From the NCBI GenBank assembly GCA_963662795.1, contig OY759746.1, forward strand, positions 1,568,001 to 1,632,000: DNA of 64,000 nucleotides, given 5' to 3'. Origin of the DNA: Spirochaetia bacterium. GTDB lineage: Bacteria > Spirochaetota > Spirochaetia > CADAEX01. The notes under the pieces are model-generated. The model was not told where the DNA came from, searched no databases, and saw only the letters and a program-made list of their open reading frames with translations. This document shows positions 28,759 to 39,289 of this stretch, in pieces. The stretch's first letter is position 1; each line of letters starts with the position of its first letter. Both the position numbers and the translations under genes were made by a program.

Positions 28759-29562
28759 ATGAAGTGTTTTTTTTCATTAATATTTCTATTTTACTTATCA
28801 ATTTTTTCCTGCGCTACGTCTGTCCCTGTGGAATTCGGTGAGGATAAATCTCCGGCAGGCAAGACAGGGTATCCTGAAGTAAACACTTACCGGACATTTG
28901 CTGATATCCCGAAACCGCTTTCTCCGGATGAGCAGAAATTTCTGGTTTCGGCCGGTTCACTGATGGGCCGCCCTCCGGGCTCAAAAGTTACTGTAAACAG
29001 CAGGGTTTTTACCCCTGACTGCATAGGCACAGTATGCGCTGTTTACTACGGAGTAGATTTTGATCTTACAAAAGATTTTTCACGGTATCCGGGCAACGGA
29101 GTAAAAAGTCTCCATGCCAGTCTCGGAGAAAGGGGAGTTCTTTACCGTGATAAATATCCCGGAACAGGCGATGTTGTTTTCCGGGACAATACCTGGGACG
29201 CTAATGAAGACAATGATAAAAACAATGACCCGCTGACCCATGCCGGCGTTGTAATAAAAGTTGAAGAGGATGGAACTGTTTGTTACATGCATTCCCATAT
29301 AACGCGGGGGATTATTGTCGAAGTAATGAATCTCAGACTCCCCACGGAATATTACGGGGATAATCAGAAAATCATAAATAACGCGCTTGCTATGGGTTCA
29401 GGAATTTCAAGACCTGTTAATCCCGGACACTGGCTTTCCGGCGATCTCTGGAATACATTCGGTGATGTTATGAAAACAGGAGAATACCATTCCTGTTCTA
29501 CGGCTTTAAACAACTGTGAAACGTTACAGGAACCTGCTGAAACAAGGATTTCATTGAAATAA
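28759..29562 (+). CDS. Lipoprotein with NlpC/P60-CHAP-like cysteine hydrolase domain
   Basis: Lipobox IFSC after hydrophobic stretch; DCIG catalytic Cys, GDVVF, THAGVV His; start moved to 28759. Confidence 0.65.
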   Translation: MKCFFSLIFLFYLSIFSCATSVPVEFGEDKSPAGKTGYPEVNTYRTFADIPKPLSPDEQKFLVSAGSLMGRPPGSKVTVNSRVFTPDCIGTVCAVYYGVDFDLTKDFSRYPGNGVKSLHASLGERGVLYRDKYPGTGDVVFRDNTWDANEDNDKNNDPLTHAGVVIKVEEDGTVCYMHSHITRGIIVEVMNLRLPTEYYGDNQKIINNALAMGSGISRPVNPGHWLSGDLWNTFGDVMKTGEYHSCSTALNNCETLQEPAETRISLK

Positions 29563-29673
29563 CTGAGCGCTTCCTGATGAAAATATACCTGTATTACTGA
29601 TTATCTGCGGATTAAATAATCGGCAGAACTTTTTTATGTTTGATAGCTCTTAAAGTGGGGAGGAAAATTAATT

Positions 29674-32337
29674 ATGCAGAAAATTTACCATGATCCCGAT
29701 CCCGAAGAAACCAGGGACTGGATTGATTCATTAAAAGGGGTAATTGACAAGGAAGGAGGAGAAAAAGGGGATTACCTGTTGTGTACCCTTACCGACACGG
29801 CCCGCTCAAAAGGGGTGTCAACTTCACCCGGAATAATTTCTCCTTATGTGAATACGGTTTTCCCCCCGGATGCCGCAAAAATACCGGAAGACTCACTTAC
29901 GGCCAGAAATGTCGCCGCTTTTGTCCGCTGGAACGCGATGGCGATGGTGGTTCGCGCAAACAGGGGAGATATGCATCTCGGTGGGCATATCGCAAGTTTT
30001 TCATCATCATCAACGTTATATGAAGTGGGATTTGACTGGTTTTTCAGGGGCCCCGAGTCTGAATCGGGCGCTGATTTGATTTTTTTTCAGGGGCATTCCT
30101 CTCCGGGGATATATGCCCGCGCCTATATCGAAGGAATACTGACTGAGGAAAATCTTGATAATTTCCGGCAGGAAATCGGCGGAAAGGGGCTTTCCTCATA
30201 TCCGCATCCGTATCTTATGCCGGGGTTCTGGCAGTTCCCGACAGTTTCAATGGGGCTCGGTCCCATGATGGCAATCTACCAGGCTAAATTCATGAAATAT
30301 CTTGAAGCAAGGGAGATTATACCGGCGACTGGACGTAAAATCTGGGTTTTCATGGGTGACGGAGAATCTGATGAACCGGAATCCCGCGGTGCCCTTTCCC
30401 TTGCCGCCAGGGAAAAGCTGGACAACCTTATATTTGTTGTTAACTGCAACCTTCAGAGACTTGACGGCCCTGTAAGGGGAAACGGAAAAATTATTCAGGA
30501 ACTTGAGGGGGTTTTCAGGGGAGCCGGCTGGAATGTCATTAAACTGATATGGGGCTCTGAGTGGGATGAAATTATGGCCCGTGATAAAAAAGGGCTTCTT
30601 TATAAAAAATTCAACTCCATGGTTGACGGTGATTTTCAGACAATAAGGTCAAAAGGGCCTGAATATCTGCGTGAAAAGATCTTCGGGGATGATCCCCAGC
30701 TGCTTGAGCTTGTAAAGGATAAAACCGACAGGGAGCTTTGGCAGATGTCCAGGGGCGGCCATGATCCGAGAAAGGTCTATACCGCCTATTCCGAAGCTGT
30801 AAAACATACGGGAGAACCTACCGTAATACTCGCGAAGACAATCAAGGGATTCGGACTGGGGAAGGAAGGCGAATCAGCTATGGGAGCGCATAACGTAAAA
30901 GTCCTTGATATTGAGGCGCTTAAACAGTTCCGCGACCGTTTCCATGTGCCGGTTATTGATGACGACCTCGCGGGCCTCCCGTACATAAAGCCGAAAGAGG
31001 GAAGCAGTGAGGCGGAATTCCTCAAACGGCAGAGGCAAGTCCTGGGCGGCTTTGTCCCGTCAAGAAAATATAAAAAAGAAAAGCTTGAGCTTCCTGCCTT
31101 AAAAATATTTCAGAATCTGCTTGAGTCTTCCGGTGAAAGGGAGATTTCCACAACAATGGCTTTTGTCAGACTTCTCGGTGTGCTGTTAAAGGATAAATCA
31201 ATCGGTAAGAGAATTGTTCCGATTGTCCCGGACGAGGCGCGTACCTTCGGCATGGAAGGCCTTTTCCGGCAGCTGGGAATTTATTCATCCGCCGGTCAGC
31301 AGTATGAGCCCCAGGATTCGGAATCCCTGATGTGGTACAGGGAAGACGCCCGCGGACAGATCCTTGAGGAAGGAATAACCGAAGCAGGCTCCTTTTCCTC
31401 CTGGATAGCGGCCGCTACATCATACGCAAATTACGGCAAGGTTATGATCCCTTTCTATATTTATTATTCCATGTTCGGATTCCAGAGGATAGGGGACCTC
31501 GCCTGGGCCGCGGGAGACAGCCGTGCGCGGGGTTTCCTTCTCGGCGCGACCGCGGGAAGGACAACGCTTAATGGAGAGGGGCTGCAGCATCAGGACGGAC
31601 ACGGCCTTCTGCTTGCGTCAACTCTGCCGAACTGCATTTCCTACGATCCTGCTTTTTCCTATGAGCTTGCTGTTATTATCCATGACGGCCTTAAAAGGAT
31701 GTTTGATAACGAAGAGGATGTCTACTACTACATAACGCTGATGAACGAGAATTACATACAGCCTCAAATGCCTGCCGGAGCTGACGAAGGGATTATAAAA
31801 GGGGTATATCTTTTCAGGAAAGGGGAAGAAAGCAAGACAAGGGTGCAGCTTATGGGAAGCGGCACGATCCTGAGGGAAGTTATCGCCGCTTCAGATCTTC
31901 TTAAGAAGGACTTTGGAATTGAATCAGATATCTGGAGCGCACCCGGAATAAATCAGCTGCACAGGGACGGTATGGAAGCTGAAAGATGGAACATGATCCA
32001 CCCGGGCGAGAAGAAGAAAGTGCCGTACCTCACAAAAGTTTTGAAAGGGTACAGCGGCCCGTTTGTAATCAGCACTGATTACGTTAAAGCCTATCAGGAG
32101 CAGATACGCCGTTTTATCCCGGGACATCTCACTGTTCTCGGCACTGACGGATACGGGAGGAGCGATTCAAGGGAAAATCTGCGCCGGTTTTTTGAGGTTG
32201 ACAGGTATTATATTGTTGTCGCCTCGCTTGCAGCTCTGCTTGAAGAGGGCAAGATAAAGGCGGAGACGGTTCAGAAGGCAATAAAGAAATACAAGATTGA
32301 TCCTGAAAAACTCAACCCAGCGGTCAGCCAGGCCTGA
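29674..32337 (+). CDS. aceE: Pyruvate dehydrogenase E1, homodimeric type
   Basis: GGHIAS, QGHSSPG, QFPTVSMGLG, GDGESDE, NCNLQRLDG, GEGLQHQD. Confidence 0.96.
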   Translation: MQKIYHDPDPEETRDWIDSLKGVIDKEGGEKGDYLLCTLTDTARSKGVSTSPGIISPYVNTVFPPDAAKIPEDSLTARNVAAFVRWNAMAMVVRANRGDMHLGGHIASFSSSSTLYEVGFDWFFRGPESESGADLIFFQGHSSPGIYARAYIEGILTEENLDNFRQEIGGKGLSSYPHPYLMPGFWQFPTVSMGLGPMMAIYQAKFMKYLEAREIIPATGRKIWVFMGDGESDEPESRGALSLAAREKLDNLIFVVNCNLQRLDGPVRGNGKIIQELEGVFRGAGWNVIKLIWGSEWDEIMARDKKGLLYKKFNSMVDGDFQTIRSKGPEYLREKIFGDDPQLLELVKDKTDRELWQMSRGGHDPRKVYTAYSEAVKHTGEPTVILAKTIKGFGLGKEGESAMGAHNVKVLDIEALKQFRDRFHVPVIDDDLAGLPYIKPKEGSSEAEFLKRQRQVLGGFVPSRKYKKEKLELPALKIFQNLLESSGEREISTTMAFVRLLGVLLKDKSIGKRIVPIVPDEARTFGMEGLFRQLGIYSSAGQQYEPQDSESLMWYREDARGQILEEGITEAGSFSSWIAAATSYANYGKVMIPFYIYYSMFGFQRIGDLAWAAGDSRARGFLLGATAGRTTLNGEGLQHQDGHGLLLASTLPNCISYDPAFSYELAVIIHDGLKRMFDNEEDVYYYITLMNENYIQPQMPAGADEGIIKGVYLFRKGEESKTRVQLMGSGTILREVIAASDLLKKDFGIESDIWSAPGINQLHRDGMEAERWNMIHPGEKKKVPYLTKVLKGYSGPFVISTDYVKAYQEQIRRFIPGHLTVLGTDGYGRSDSRENLRRFFEVDRYYIVVASLAALLEEGKIKAETVQKAIKKYKIDPEKLNPAVSQA

Positions 32338-32378
32338 AATCTCACAGAGGCCCTTCGGTCCATTAGGAGTAAAAAGAT

Positions 32379-33770
32379 ATGACAAAAAAGGAAATTGCGG
32401 TTCCGGATATTGGTAAATTCGAGAATGTGGATATTGTTGAAGTATATGTTTCAGCAGGCGATGTAATCGCTGTTGAAGACCCAATCCTTTCAATTGAAAG
32501 CGACAAGGCTGTAATGGATATACCCTCACCCTTCGCCGGAAAGATTGCAGAGGTTAAGGTAAAAGCGGGAGGCGCTGTCTCGGAAGGTGATATTATCGCT
32601 TTGATTGAAACAGATGATGCGGGAGCAGAGAGTAAAAAAGAGGAGCAGAAAAAAACAGTTCCTGAAGCTGCTGCTGAAGGCGGTGAGAAAACAGCTGAGA
32701 AGAAGAGTGAAAAGAAACAGACGGAGGTAAAGAAGCCCGGGGAAAAGCTTCCGGCGGAGAAGCAGGCGGAAGCAATAACATTTGCTCCTGAAAGTACTGC
32801 CGGTAAAGTGCAGAGGGACGGTAGTGAAGCAGCATCTGTTTATCATGCAACCCCATCAGTGAGAATTCTTGCAAGGGAACTGGGAGTTGATCTGGGATTG
32901 ATCAGGGCTACCGGTCCGAAAGGGAGGATCTTAAAGGAAGATCTCTATAAAACAGTCTCATCAGCGATGAAAGGCTATGGCGCATCTTCCTCAGATAGAA
33001 CTACCGGTGCTCCGGGACTGCCGCTTCTGCCTGATGTTTCACCTGAAGATTTTAAGGAATTCGGCCCTCTCGAAGAGGCGCCTCTAGGCAGGATCAAAAA
33101 ACTGTCAGGGACAAAAGTCCACCAGAACTGGACCGGTATTCCGCAGGTCACCCATTTTGAAGAGGCCGATGTTACTGTACTTGAGGATTTCAGAAAAGAG
33201 CTTAACAATGAAAAAAGCAATACCGGGGTAAAGTATACAATGCTGCCGTTTGTCCTTAAGGCGCTTGTGTCTGCGCTGATGGAATATCCTGATTTTAATT
33301 CCTCAATTGATATTGCCGGAAGCAGAATTATAAGAAAAAAATACTATAATATCGGGGTAGCGGTTGATACTCCAGCGGGACTTGTTTTTCCTGTTGTCAA
33401 AAACGCGGACAGAAAAGGGGTAACGGAAATCGCTGAAGAGCTTTCATCTTTAAGCCAGAAAGCGCGGGATAATAAACTCAAACTCAATGAAATTCAGGGC
33501 AGTTCCTTCAGTATCTCAAGCCTTGGGGGAATCGGGGGAACAGGTTTTACCCCAATTGTAAACCATCCCGAGGCGGCGATACTGGGTATTTCAAGGATGT
33601 CTGTTAAACCGGTATGGTCAGGGGACAAATTTGAGCCGAGAAAAGTGCTGCCGTTCTGCATTACCTATGATCACAGGATAATCGACGGAGCGCAGGCTGC
33701 TTATTTTTCAAAGCATCTTTCTGAGCTTATCGGGGATATAAGAAGGATAATACTGGGAAGCCCTGTTTAA
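32379..33770 (+). CDS. aceF: Dihydrolipoamide acetyltransferase E2 (single lipoyl domain)
   Basis: ESDKA lipoyl site, HATPSVR..ARELGV, YDHRIIDG. Confidence 0.95.
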   Translation: MTKKEIAVPDIGKFENVDIVEVYVSAGDVIAVEDPILSIESDKAVMDIPSPFAGKIAEVKVKAGGAVSEGDIIALIETDDAGAESKKEEQKKTVPEAAAEGGEKTAEKKSEKKQTEVKKPGEKLPAEKQAEAITFAPESTAGKVQRDGSEAASVYHATPSVRILARELGVDLGLIRATGPKGRILKEDLYKTVSSAMKGYGASSSDRTTGAPGLPLLPDVSPEDFKEFGPLEEAPLGRIKKLSGTKVHQNWTGIPQVTHFEEADVTVLEDFRKELNNEKSNTGVKYTMLPFVLKALVSALMEYPDFNSSIDIAGSRIIRKKYYNIGVAVDTPAGLVFPVVKNADRKGVTEIAEELSSLSQKARDNKLKLNEIQGSSFSISSLGGIGGTGFTPIVNHPEAAILGISRMSVKPVWSGDKFEPRKVLPFCITYDHRIIDGAQAAYFSKHLSELIGDIRRIILGSPV

Positions 33771-33825
33771 TAAGGGGAGCTTTTTCGTTACAGTTTTACA
33801 GCAAACAAAAAAAGAGGTAAATATT

Positions 33826-35238
33826 ATGGCAGAAAAAATAAACGCGGATCTTCTTGTTGTCGGGGGCGGCCCCGGCGGATATACAGCAGCCTTCAGGGCC
33901 GCAGACCTGGGCCTTTCAGTAACACTGCTTGAAAAAGAGGAGAGGCTTGGCGGCGTCTGCCTTAATGTCGGCTGCATTCCGTCGAAAACGCTGCTCCATG
34001 CCGCTTCCGTTATTGAGGATGCGGAAAAAATATCGTCATACGGGGTTAAGTACGGAAGGCCGGAAATAGACCTTGATGCGATGAGACAGAACAAGGACGC
34101 AGTCGTGAAAAAACTTACCGGCGGCCTTGAGCTGCTGTGCAACGCAAGGAAAATTAAGATTGTAAAGGGGAGCGGTAAATTCAAAGACAGCAGGACAGTT
34201 GCTGTTGAAGGGAACAGCGAAGTCGCGGAGATAGGTTTTAAAAACTGCATAATTGCCGCCGGCTCACGGCCAGTAAAACTTCCGATATTCCCTGAAGATC
34301 CCGGGATATGGGATTCCACCGGAGCTCTTGAAATAAAAGAAGTGCCTGCAAAGCTTCTTGTTGTCGGAGGGGGGATTATCGGCCTTGAGATGGCGACAGT
34401 CTATCACGCCCTCGGCTCATCCGTTACTGTCGTTGAAATGCTTGACCAGATCATCCCACCAGCTGACGCTGATGTCGTAAAGCCCCTTTTCAGAAAGCTT
34501 AAAAAATCCCTTGAAGCAATTCTTCTTGAGACAGAAATTGTTAAAGCAGAAAAATCAGGGAAATCCTTTACAGTTACAATGAAGGATAAAAAGGGAGCTG
34601 AAAAAACAGTTGTTTATGACAGAATACTTGTCGCTGTCGGCAGAAGGCCTAACACAGCACTTGTCGAACCAGAAAAGGCCGGAATAGAAACTGAAAAAGG
34701 GTTTATCAAAGTCAATGACAGGATGCAGACCAACATTGAGGGGATATACGCGATCGGAGACATTACAGGCAACCCGATGCTTGCACACAGGGCATCGCAT
34801 CAGGGCAAAATCGCGGCCGAAGTGATTTCCGGATTAAAGTCGGCCTTTACGCCGATGACAATCCCATCCGTTGCCTACACAAGCCCTGAGGTAGCGTGGA
34901 TGGGAATCACTGAAAAGGATGCCGCGCGGGACAACATACCGTTTAAAAAAGGCGTCTTTCCATGGGCGGCCAGCGGAAGGGCTTTGAGTGCGGATAACGC
35001 TCTTGGAAGCACGAAGGTCCTCTTTGACCCTGAAACAGGAAGGATAATCGGCGCCGGGATAGCAGGCTATAACGCGGGTGAGCTTATATCGGAAGCTGTC
35101 CTTGCCATGGAGATGGGATGCGACGCCGAGGACATCGGCAGCACTATCCACCCGCACCCGACACTTGCCGAAACCATCGCCTTTGCATCTGAGACTGCAG
35201 CCGGCACTGTCACGGATATCCTCCCCCCCAAAGCCTGA
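33826..35238 (+). CDS. lpdA: Dihydrolipoamide dehydrogenase E3
   Basis: GGGPGGY, GGVCLNVGCIPSK, HPHPTLAE. Confidence 0.96.
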   Translation: MAEKINADLLVVGGGPGGYTAAFRAADLGLSVTLLEKEERLGGVCLNVGCIPSKTLLHAASVIEDAEKISSYGVKYGRPEIDLDAMRQNKDAVVKKLTGGLELLCNARKIKIVKGSGKFKDSRTVAVEGNSEVAEIGFKNCIIAAGSRPVKLPIFPEDPGIWDSTGALEIKEVPAKLLVVGGGIIGLEMATVYHALGSSVTVVEMLDQIIPPADADVVKPLFRKLKKSLEAILLETEIVKAEKSGKSFTVTMKDKKGAEKTVVYDRILVAVGRRPNTALVEPEKAGIETEKGFIKVNDRMQTNIEGIYAIGDITGNPMLAHRASHQGKIAAEVISGLKSAFTPMTIPSVAYTSPEVAWMGITEKDAARDNIPFKKGVFPWAASGRALSADNALGSTKVLFDPETGRIIGAGIAGYNAGELISEAVLAMEMGCDAEDIGSTIHPHPTLAETIAFASETAAGTVTDILPPKA

Positions 35239-35454
35239 CCCACTATAAAAAAAGCCGTCCGGGAAAATCCTGCATTCTTGTACCGGGCGGCTGTAAAAGT
35301 TATCCGAAATTCTGCCTGAACTGCTAAAAATATGATATAAATATATAATCTGAATTGTTTTAATATCCCAGCGCCCCGAGAAAGCCATTGACGCTCACCG
35401 AATAGCGTCAATTCCTTGCCGGGTGATAAAGAGGGTAAGAGGCTATTAAAAGGA

Positions 35455-37824
35455 ATGAATAAAAAGAACCTGTCGGAAAGAGATATCTGCACCAAATTTA
35501 TTACTCCCGCCATAGAACAGGCCGGGTGGGATATAGCGACGCAGATTCGGGAAGAATTCCCTTTAACCAACGGCCGGATCATTGTTCGGGGGAAAATACA
35601 TACAAGGGCTGCCAATAAACGGGCCGATTACATTCTCTTTTATAAACCAGGAATCCCCATTGCAGTTGTTGAAGCAAAAGACAACAAACACACAGTTGCT
35701 GATGGCATGCAGCAGGCTTTAAGCTATGCAGGGATGATAGAAGTTCCTTTTGTGTTCAGCTCAAACGGCGATAGGTTTCTTTTTCACAATAAGCTGCAAA
35801 CTGCCGGAAAAGTTGAAACAGAAATTAATATGGAAGACTTTCCCCCTCCAGAGGAATTGTGGCAGATATGGGCGAAACACAGGGGAATCGACACAGAACA
35901 ATCCGCCATTGTAACCCAGGATTACTACAGTGATGCCAGTAATAAAACACCCAGGTATTATCAGCTGCTTGCAATAAATAAAACAATTGAGACAATAGCC
36001 AGGGGGCAAAACAGAATCCTGCTGGTAATGGCTACCGGTACCGGTAAAACATTTACAGCCTTTCAGATTATCTGGCGTTTATGGAAATCCAAAACAAAAA
36101 AGAGAATACTGTTTCTTGCGGATCGCAATATTTTAATTGATCAGACCATGACCAATGACTTTAAACCGTTTGGCAGCGCCATGACAAAGATACAAAAACG
36201 CCAGGCCAATAAATCCTTTGAGATATATTTATCCCTTTATCAGGCCGTCACAGGCACAGAAGATGAACAGAATATATATAAACAGTTCACTCCCGGTTTT
36301 TTTGACCTGATTGTTGTTGATGAATGCCATAGGGGAAGCGCTGCGGAAGACTCCAATTGGCGGCAGATACTGGAATATTTCACATCGGCAACGCAGATTG
36401 GCTTAACAGCGACCCCCAAAGAGACTAAAGATGTTTCAAACATCGACTATTTTGGAGACCCTGTTTATACCTATTCCCTGCGGCAGGGGATTGATGACGG
36501 CTTTCTGGCCCCCTACAAGGTAGTCAGGATTGACCTTGATAAGGATATGACCGGATGGCGGCCTGAAAGAGGAATGACTGATAAATACGGCAATGAGATT
36601 GAAGACCGTATTTACAATCAAAAGGATTTTGACCGCTCCCTGGTTCTTGAAAAGAGGACCGAAGTAGTGGCACGGAAAATATCGGAATTCCTGAAACAGA
36701 CCAGCCGCTATGATAAAACAATTGTCTTTTGTGACAACATCGACCATGCCGAACGGATGAGGCAGGCCCTGGTCAATGAGAATGCCGATATCGCATCTAA
36801 TAATCCAAGGTATGTTATGCGGATCACAGGCGATAATGAAGAAGGGAAAATGGAGCTTGATAACTTTATCTTTCCAGAGTCGAAATATCCTGTAATTGCC
36901 ACAACCTCAAAACTGATGAGTACCGGGGTGGATGCCCAGACCTGTAAGCTGATCGTGCTTGATCAGAGGATACAGTCGATGACCGAGTTTAAGCAGATTA
37001 TCGGCCGCGGTACCAGAATTAATGAAGACTACGATAAATATTATTTTACCATCATTGATTTTAAGAAAGCTACTGAGTTGTTTGCCGACCCTGACTTTGA
37101 CGGCGACCCGGTGCAGATTTACGAACCAAAAAGCATTGATGAAACCCCTGTCCCTCCGGAGGACGTTGAAGAAGATGAAAAAGGTAACACTGAAAATACT
37201 GATGCATCATCTATAAATGGCAATGGTGCCGATTCATCTGATATAACTGAAGACGGTCAAAGGGCAATAAAATACTATGTAGATGATGTCCCGGTAACGG
37301 TGGTGGCTGAGCGTGTGCAATACTTTGATGTCAACGGCAGAGTGATTACCGAGTCACTAAGGGATTATACCAGAAAGGCGCTTTTTAAAGAGTTTTCTTC
37401 TCTGGATGAGTTTTTAAAGCGATGGAACCATGCAGACAAAAAAAGGGCAGTTATTGAAGAACTAAGCCGGCAGGGAGTATTCTTCGAGGCGCTGGCCGAA
37501 GAGGTCGGCCGTGACCTTGATCCTTTTGATATCATCTGTCATGTTGCCTGGGACAAGCCGCCGCTCACACGGAAAGAACGGGCGGAAAATGTGAAAAAGA
37601 GAAACTATTTTGAGAAATACGGTGATCAGGCAAAGATTGTGCTGCAGGCCATGCTGGATAAATACGCTGATGAAGGAATTGTTCACATAGAGGAAACCAA
37701 AATACTGGCTGTCAATCCTTTCAGCTCATTCGGTACGCCAGTGGAGATTATTAATAAGTTCGGCGGCATGGAAAAATACCTAAAGGCCATCCATGAGCTT
37801 GAGCATCAGCTTTACAGCGCTTAA
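35455..37824 (+). CDS. hsdR: Type I restriction enzyme R subunit (EcoAI/EcoEI-like)
   Basis: ADY..VVEAK nuclease motif, MATGTGKT, DECHRGS, GLTATP, QIIGRGTR; ATG 35455. Confidence 0.94.
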   Translation: MNKKNLSERDICTKFITPAIEQAGWDIATQIREEFPLTNGRIIVRGKIHTRAANKRADYILFYKPGIPIAVVEAKDNKHTVADGMQQALSYAGMIEVPFVFSSNGDRFLFHNKLQTAGKVETEINMEDFPPPEELWQIWAKHRGIDTEQSAIVTQDYYSDASNKTPRYYQLLAINKTIETIARGQNRILLVMATGTGKTFTAFQIIWRLWKSKTKKRILFLADRNILIDQTMTNDFKPFGSAMTKIQKRQANKSFEIYLSLYQAVTGTEDEQNIYKQFTPGFFDLIVVDECHRGSAAEDSNWRQILEYFTSATQIGLTATPKETKDVSNIDYFGDPVYTYSLRQGIDDGFLAPYKVVRIDLDKDMTGWRPERGMTDKYGNEIEDRIYNQKDFDRSLVLEKRTEVVARKISEFLKQTSRYDKTIVFCDNIDHAERMRQALVNENADIASNNPRYVMRITGDNEEGKMELDNFIFPESKYPVIATTSKLMSTGVDAQTCKLIVLDQRIQSMTEFKQIIGRGTRINEDYDKYYFTIIDFKKATELFADPDFDGDPVQIYEPKSIDETPVPPEDVEEDEKGNTENTDASSINGNGADSSDITEDGQRAIKYYVDDVPVTVVAERVQYFDVNGRVITESLRDYTRKALFKEFSSLDEFLKRWNHADKKRAVIEELSRQGVFFEALAEEVGRDLDPFDIICHVAWDKPPLTRKERAENVKKRNYFEKYGDQAKIVLQAMLDKYADEGIVHIEETKILAVNPFSSFGTPVEIINKFGGMEKYLKAIHELEHQLYSA

Positions 37825-37840
37825 AAACGGGAGATATTAA

Positions 37841-39289
37841 ATGCCGATAGGTACTTTGATTAAAACGATTCAGGATATTATGCGGAAAGATGTGGGTGTC
37901 GACGGTGATGCCCAGAGAATCAGCCAGGTGGTCTGGCTTCTGTTTTTGAAAATATTTGATGACAAGGAACAGGAATGGAAACTGACTGTACAAGGGTATA
38001 AGTCGCCACTGCAAACCCGTTTCCAGTGGTCATCCTGGGCTAAAGATGCGGAAGGAATCACGGGAGAAGAGCTGATTGACTTTGTTAACAATGAGCTTTT
38101 CCCTGCCTTAAAGAAACTCGCAACCACAGCCGGAGTAAATACCCGGGGCAGGGTAGTTGGCAGTGTTTTTGAAGATGCCTACAACTATATGAAATCAGGC
38201 ACACTGCTTCGTCAGGTTATAAACACCATTCAGCAGGATGTGGACTTTAATTCATCCAGTGACCGGCACCTGTTTAACGATATTTACGAAAAAATTTTGT
38301 CCGACCTGCAGTCTGCCGGAAATGCAGGGGAGTATTACACGCCCCGAGCGGTTACCCAATTCATGGTGGATATCATCAATCCTCAGCTTGGCGAAAAAAT
38401 TCTCGACCCGGCCTGCGGAACCGGCGGTTTTCTGACCTGCGCTATCGCTCATCTGGACAGGCAGATTAAAACTGCCAAAGATAGGGAGACACTGCAGGAA
38501 ACCATTCATGGTGTTGAGAAAAAGCCGCTTCCCCACATGCTCTCACTTACCAATATGATGCTCCATGGTATAGATGTACCGACCAACATAAGGCATGACA
38601 ATACCTTAAGCCGCCCCTTAAAAGATTACAGCCCCAAAGACCGTGTGGATGTTGTGATTACCAATCCCCCTTTTGGCGGCATGGAAGAGGACGGTATTGA
38701 AAACAATTTCCCCAAAAAATATCAGACCCGCGAGACTGCCGACCTTTTTATGGCACTGATCATGCACCTGTTAAAACACGATACCGGCCGGGCGGCAGTG
38801 GTTCTGCCGGACGGCTTTCTTTTTGGCGAAGGGGTAAAAACCAATCTAAAAAGGGAACTCCTTAATGAGTTTAATCTGCATACCATTGTGCGCCTTCCAA
38901 AGGGTGTCTTCAGCCCCTATACCGGGATTAATACCAATATCCTGTTTTTTACCAAGGGAGATAAAACCAGGGATGTATGGTTTTTCGAGCATCCCTATCC
39001 GGAAGGCTATAAATCCTATTCCCGCTCCAAACCGCTGACTATCGGCGAGTTTGACCTGGAAAAATCCTGGTGGAACAAGCGAAAGGTAACTGAACAGGCC
39101 TGGAAGGTTTCTGTCAAAGAAATCGAATCGCGTAACTATAATCTTGATTTTAAAAACCCCCACCAGGTGGAAATTAACCACGGCGACCCCGATGAACTGA
39201 TGACGGAATATGAGACCATCGTAAAAGAGATGAACGCTACCCGTGATGCATTAAAAAAAGAACTGATGCAGGCCCTGGGGGAAAGGTAG
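37841..39289 (+). CDS. hsdM: Type I RM m6A methyltransferase subunit
   Basis: GEYYTPR, DPACGTGGFL, TNPPFGG. Confidence 0.95.
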   Translation: MPIGTLIKTIQDIMRKDVGVDGDAQRISQVVWLLFLKIFDDKEQEWKLTVQGYKSPLQTRFQWSSWAKDAEGITGEELIDFVNNELFPALKKLATTAGVNTRGRVVGSVFEDAYNYMKSGTLLRQVINTIQQDVDFNSSSDRHLFNDIYEKILSDLQSAGNAGEYYTPRAVTQFMVDIINPQLGEKILDPACGTGGFLTCAIAHLDRQIKTAKDRETLQETIHGVEKKPLPHMLSLTNMMLHGIDVPTNIRHDNTLSRPLKDYSPKDRVDVVITNPPFGGMEEDGIENNFPKKYQTRETADLFMALIMHLLKHDTGRAAVVLPDGFLFGEGVKTNLKRELLNEFNLHTIVRLPKGVFSPYTGINTNILFFTKGDKTRDVWFFEHPYPEGYKSYSRSKPLTIGEFDLEKSWWNKRKVTEQAWKVSVKEIESRNYNLDFKNPHQVEINHGDPDELMTEYETIVKEMNATRDALKKELMQALGER

